From: a virus
Virus record (IMG/VR): IMGVR_UViG_3300040758_000214
Coordinates: 79,061 to 143,060 of that record
Length of the DNA: 64,000 bases
Direction: 5' to 3' (one strand)
Every line of letters starts with the position of its first letter. The first letter of the stretch is position 1. Both the position numbers and the translations under genes were made by a program. This document shows, piece by piece, positions 63,472 to 64,000 of the stretch. The notes under the pieces were generated by a model. That model did no database searches. It was not told the origin of the DNA and worked only from the letters and a program-made list of their open reading frames with translations.

Positions 63472-63849
63472 TCACTTCCTTCTAGAAATTATAAAGTCAC
63501 TTGGTTTATATTTTGAACAATGTCCTTTTTTATTTATGGTTGAATTTTCTAAACATACAACTGGACTTTCTATTAATTGATTGTAAAATCTATTTCTACA
63601 TTTTTTACATAGATTATATCTTAAATAATATTCTTGACGTTCTTCAGTTGTCATAAGCCATTTAGGATGAAGGTGTTTTATTGAATATGTTTGTGTTGCC
63701 ATAGATTGAACTGAAACTAAACTTTTAGATATTAATTTTGGATAATAATATCTATATACTGGTTCTAATAATAATGGTGACATTACAGTTTTATAAATAT
63801 CATTTTGATCCTTCTTTTTACTTTTTCTTGACATACTAAAACCTTTCAC
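63472..63849 (-). CDS. Cys-rich paralog with N-terminal segment resembling a T4 gp23 capsid motif
   Basis: 'PVYRYYYPKLISKSLVSVQSM' followed by CKKC...YNQLI...VC...C. Confidence 0.55.
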   Translation of the reverse strand: MKGFSMSRKSKKKDQNDIYKTVMSPLLLEPVYRYYYPKLISKSLVSVQSMATQTYSIKHLHPKWLMTTEERQEYYLRYNLCKKCRNRFYNQLIESPVVCLENSTINKKGHCSKYKPSDFIISRRK

Positions 63850-64000
63850 AATTTAGATCATAATTTTATTCAATGTTTTTGTTATATTTCCTTTTTTAGC
63901 GGCTATATCTTCGGGTTTAGGAATATCATTAGAAAATTTTTTACGGAGCATAGTCAATCTTATAATTACTTTTTTAATTTGATCTTGATCTGCATTTTCA

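Noticed and set aside
1-64000. CRISPR array, stop-codon reassignment, inteins or introns in RNAP/topoisomerase genes
   Set aside because: No regularly spaced direct repeats; conserved genes are full length in code 11 with TAA, TAG and TGA all used as stops; no intein motifs or large inserts seen

Overview
A very AT-rich, densely coding segment of a large (jumbo) bacteriophage genome. All credible genes are on the minus strand and read in the standard genetic code. Contents in window order: (1) a PspA/IM30 + DUF2491-like + AAA+ ATPase + Gly/Ser-rich exported-protein membrane module. (2) RNA polymerase set 1 (intact beta' then beta). (3) Directly upstream of it, an apparently complete ubiquitin-like conjugation cluster: WYL-type protein, large E2-like protein, JAB peptidase, ThiF/E1, a tandem Rho-N/HeH protein fused to a Ubl domain ending ...SGRKG, plus a second E1-like/E2-like pair. 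(4) Radical SAM, SbcCD (gp46/47-like) with an intervening HNH endonuclease, an SF2 helicase, QueD, a SpoU methyltransferase, type IIA topoisomerase subunits, a MoxR/VWA pair and a probable SSB. (5) An ~11 kb RNA-rich region with 7 tRNA genes (several atypical), three tRNA mimics (two with permuted T-arm/acceptor/D-arm order, one with a ~110-nt insert replacing the anticodon loop), many stem-closed candidate ncRNAs and a minigene. (6) RNA polymerase set 2 (beta' lacking the Zn-binding domain and split inside the trigger loop; beta with a long N-terminal extension). Several tandem arrays of small paralogous genes (FVTNSSS family, Cys-rich Zn-finger families) are interspersed. The best candidates for undescribed systems are the phage ubiquitin-like cluster beside the RNAP genes and the permuted tRNA-like RNA directly downstream of a conserved 249-aa protein. 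All family assignments come from motif recognition by eye; no searches were run.
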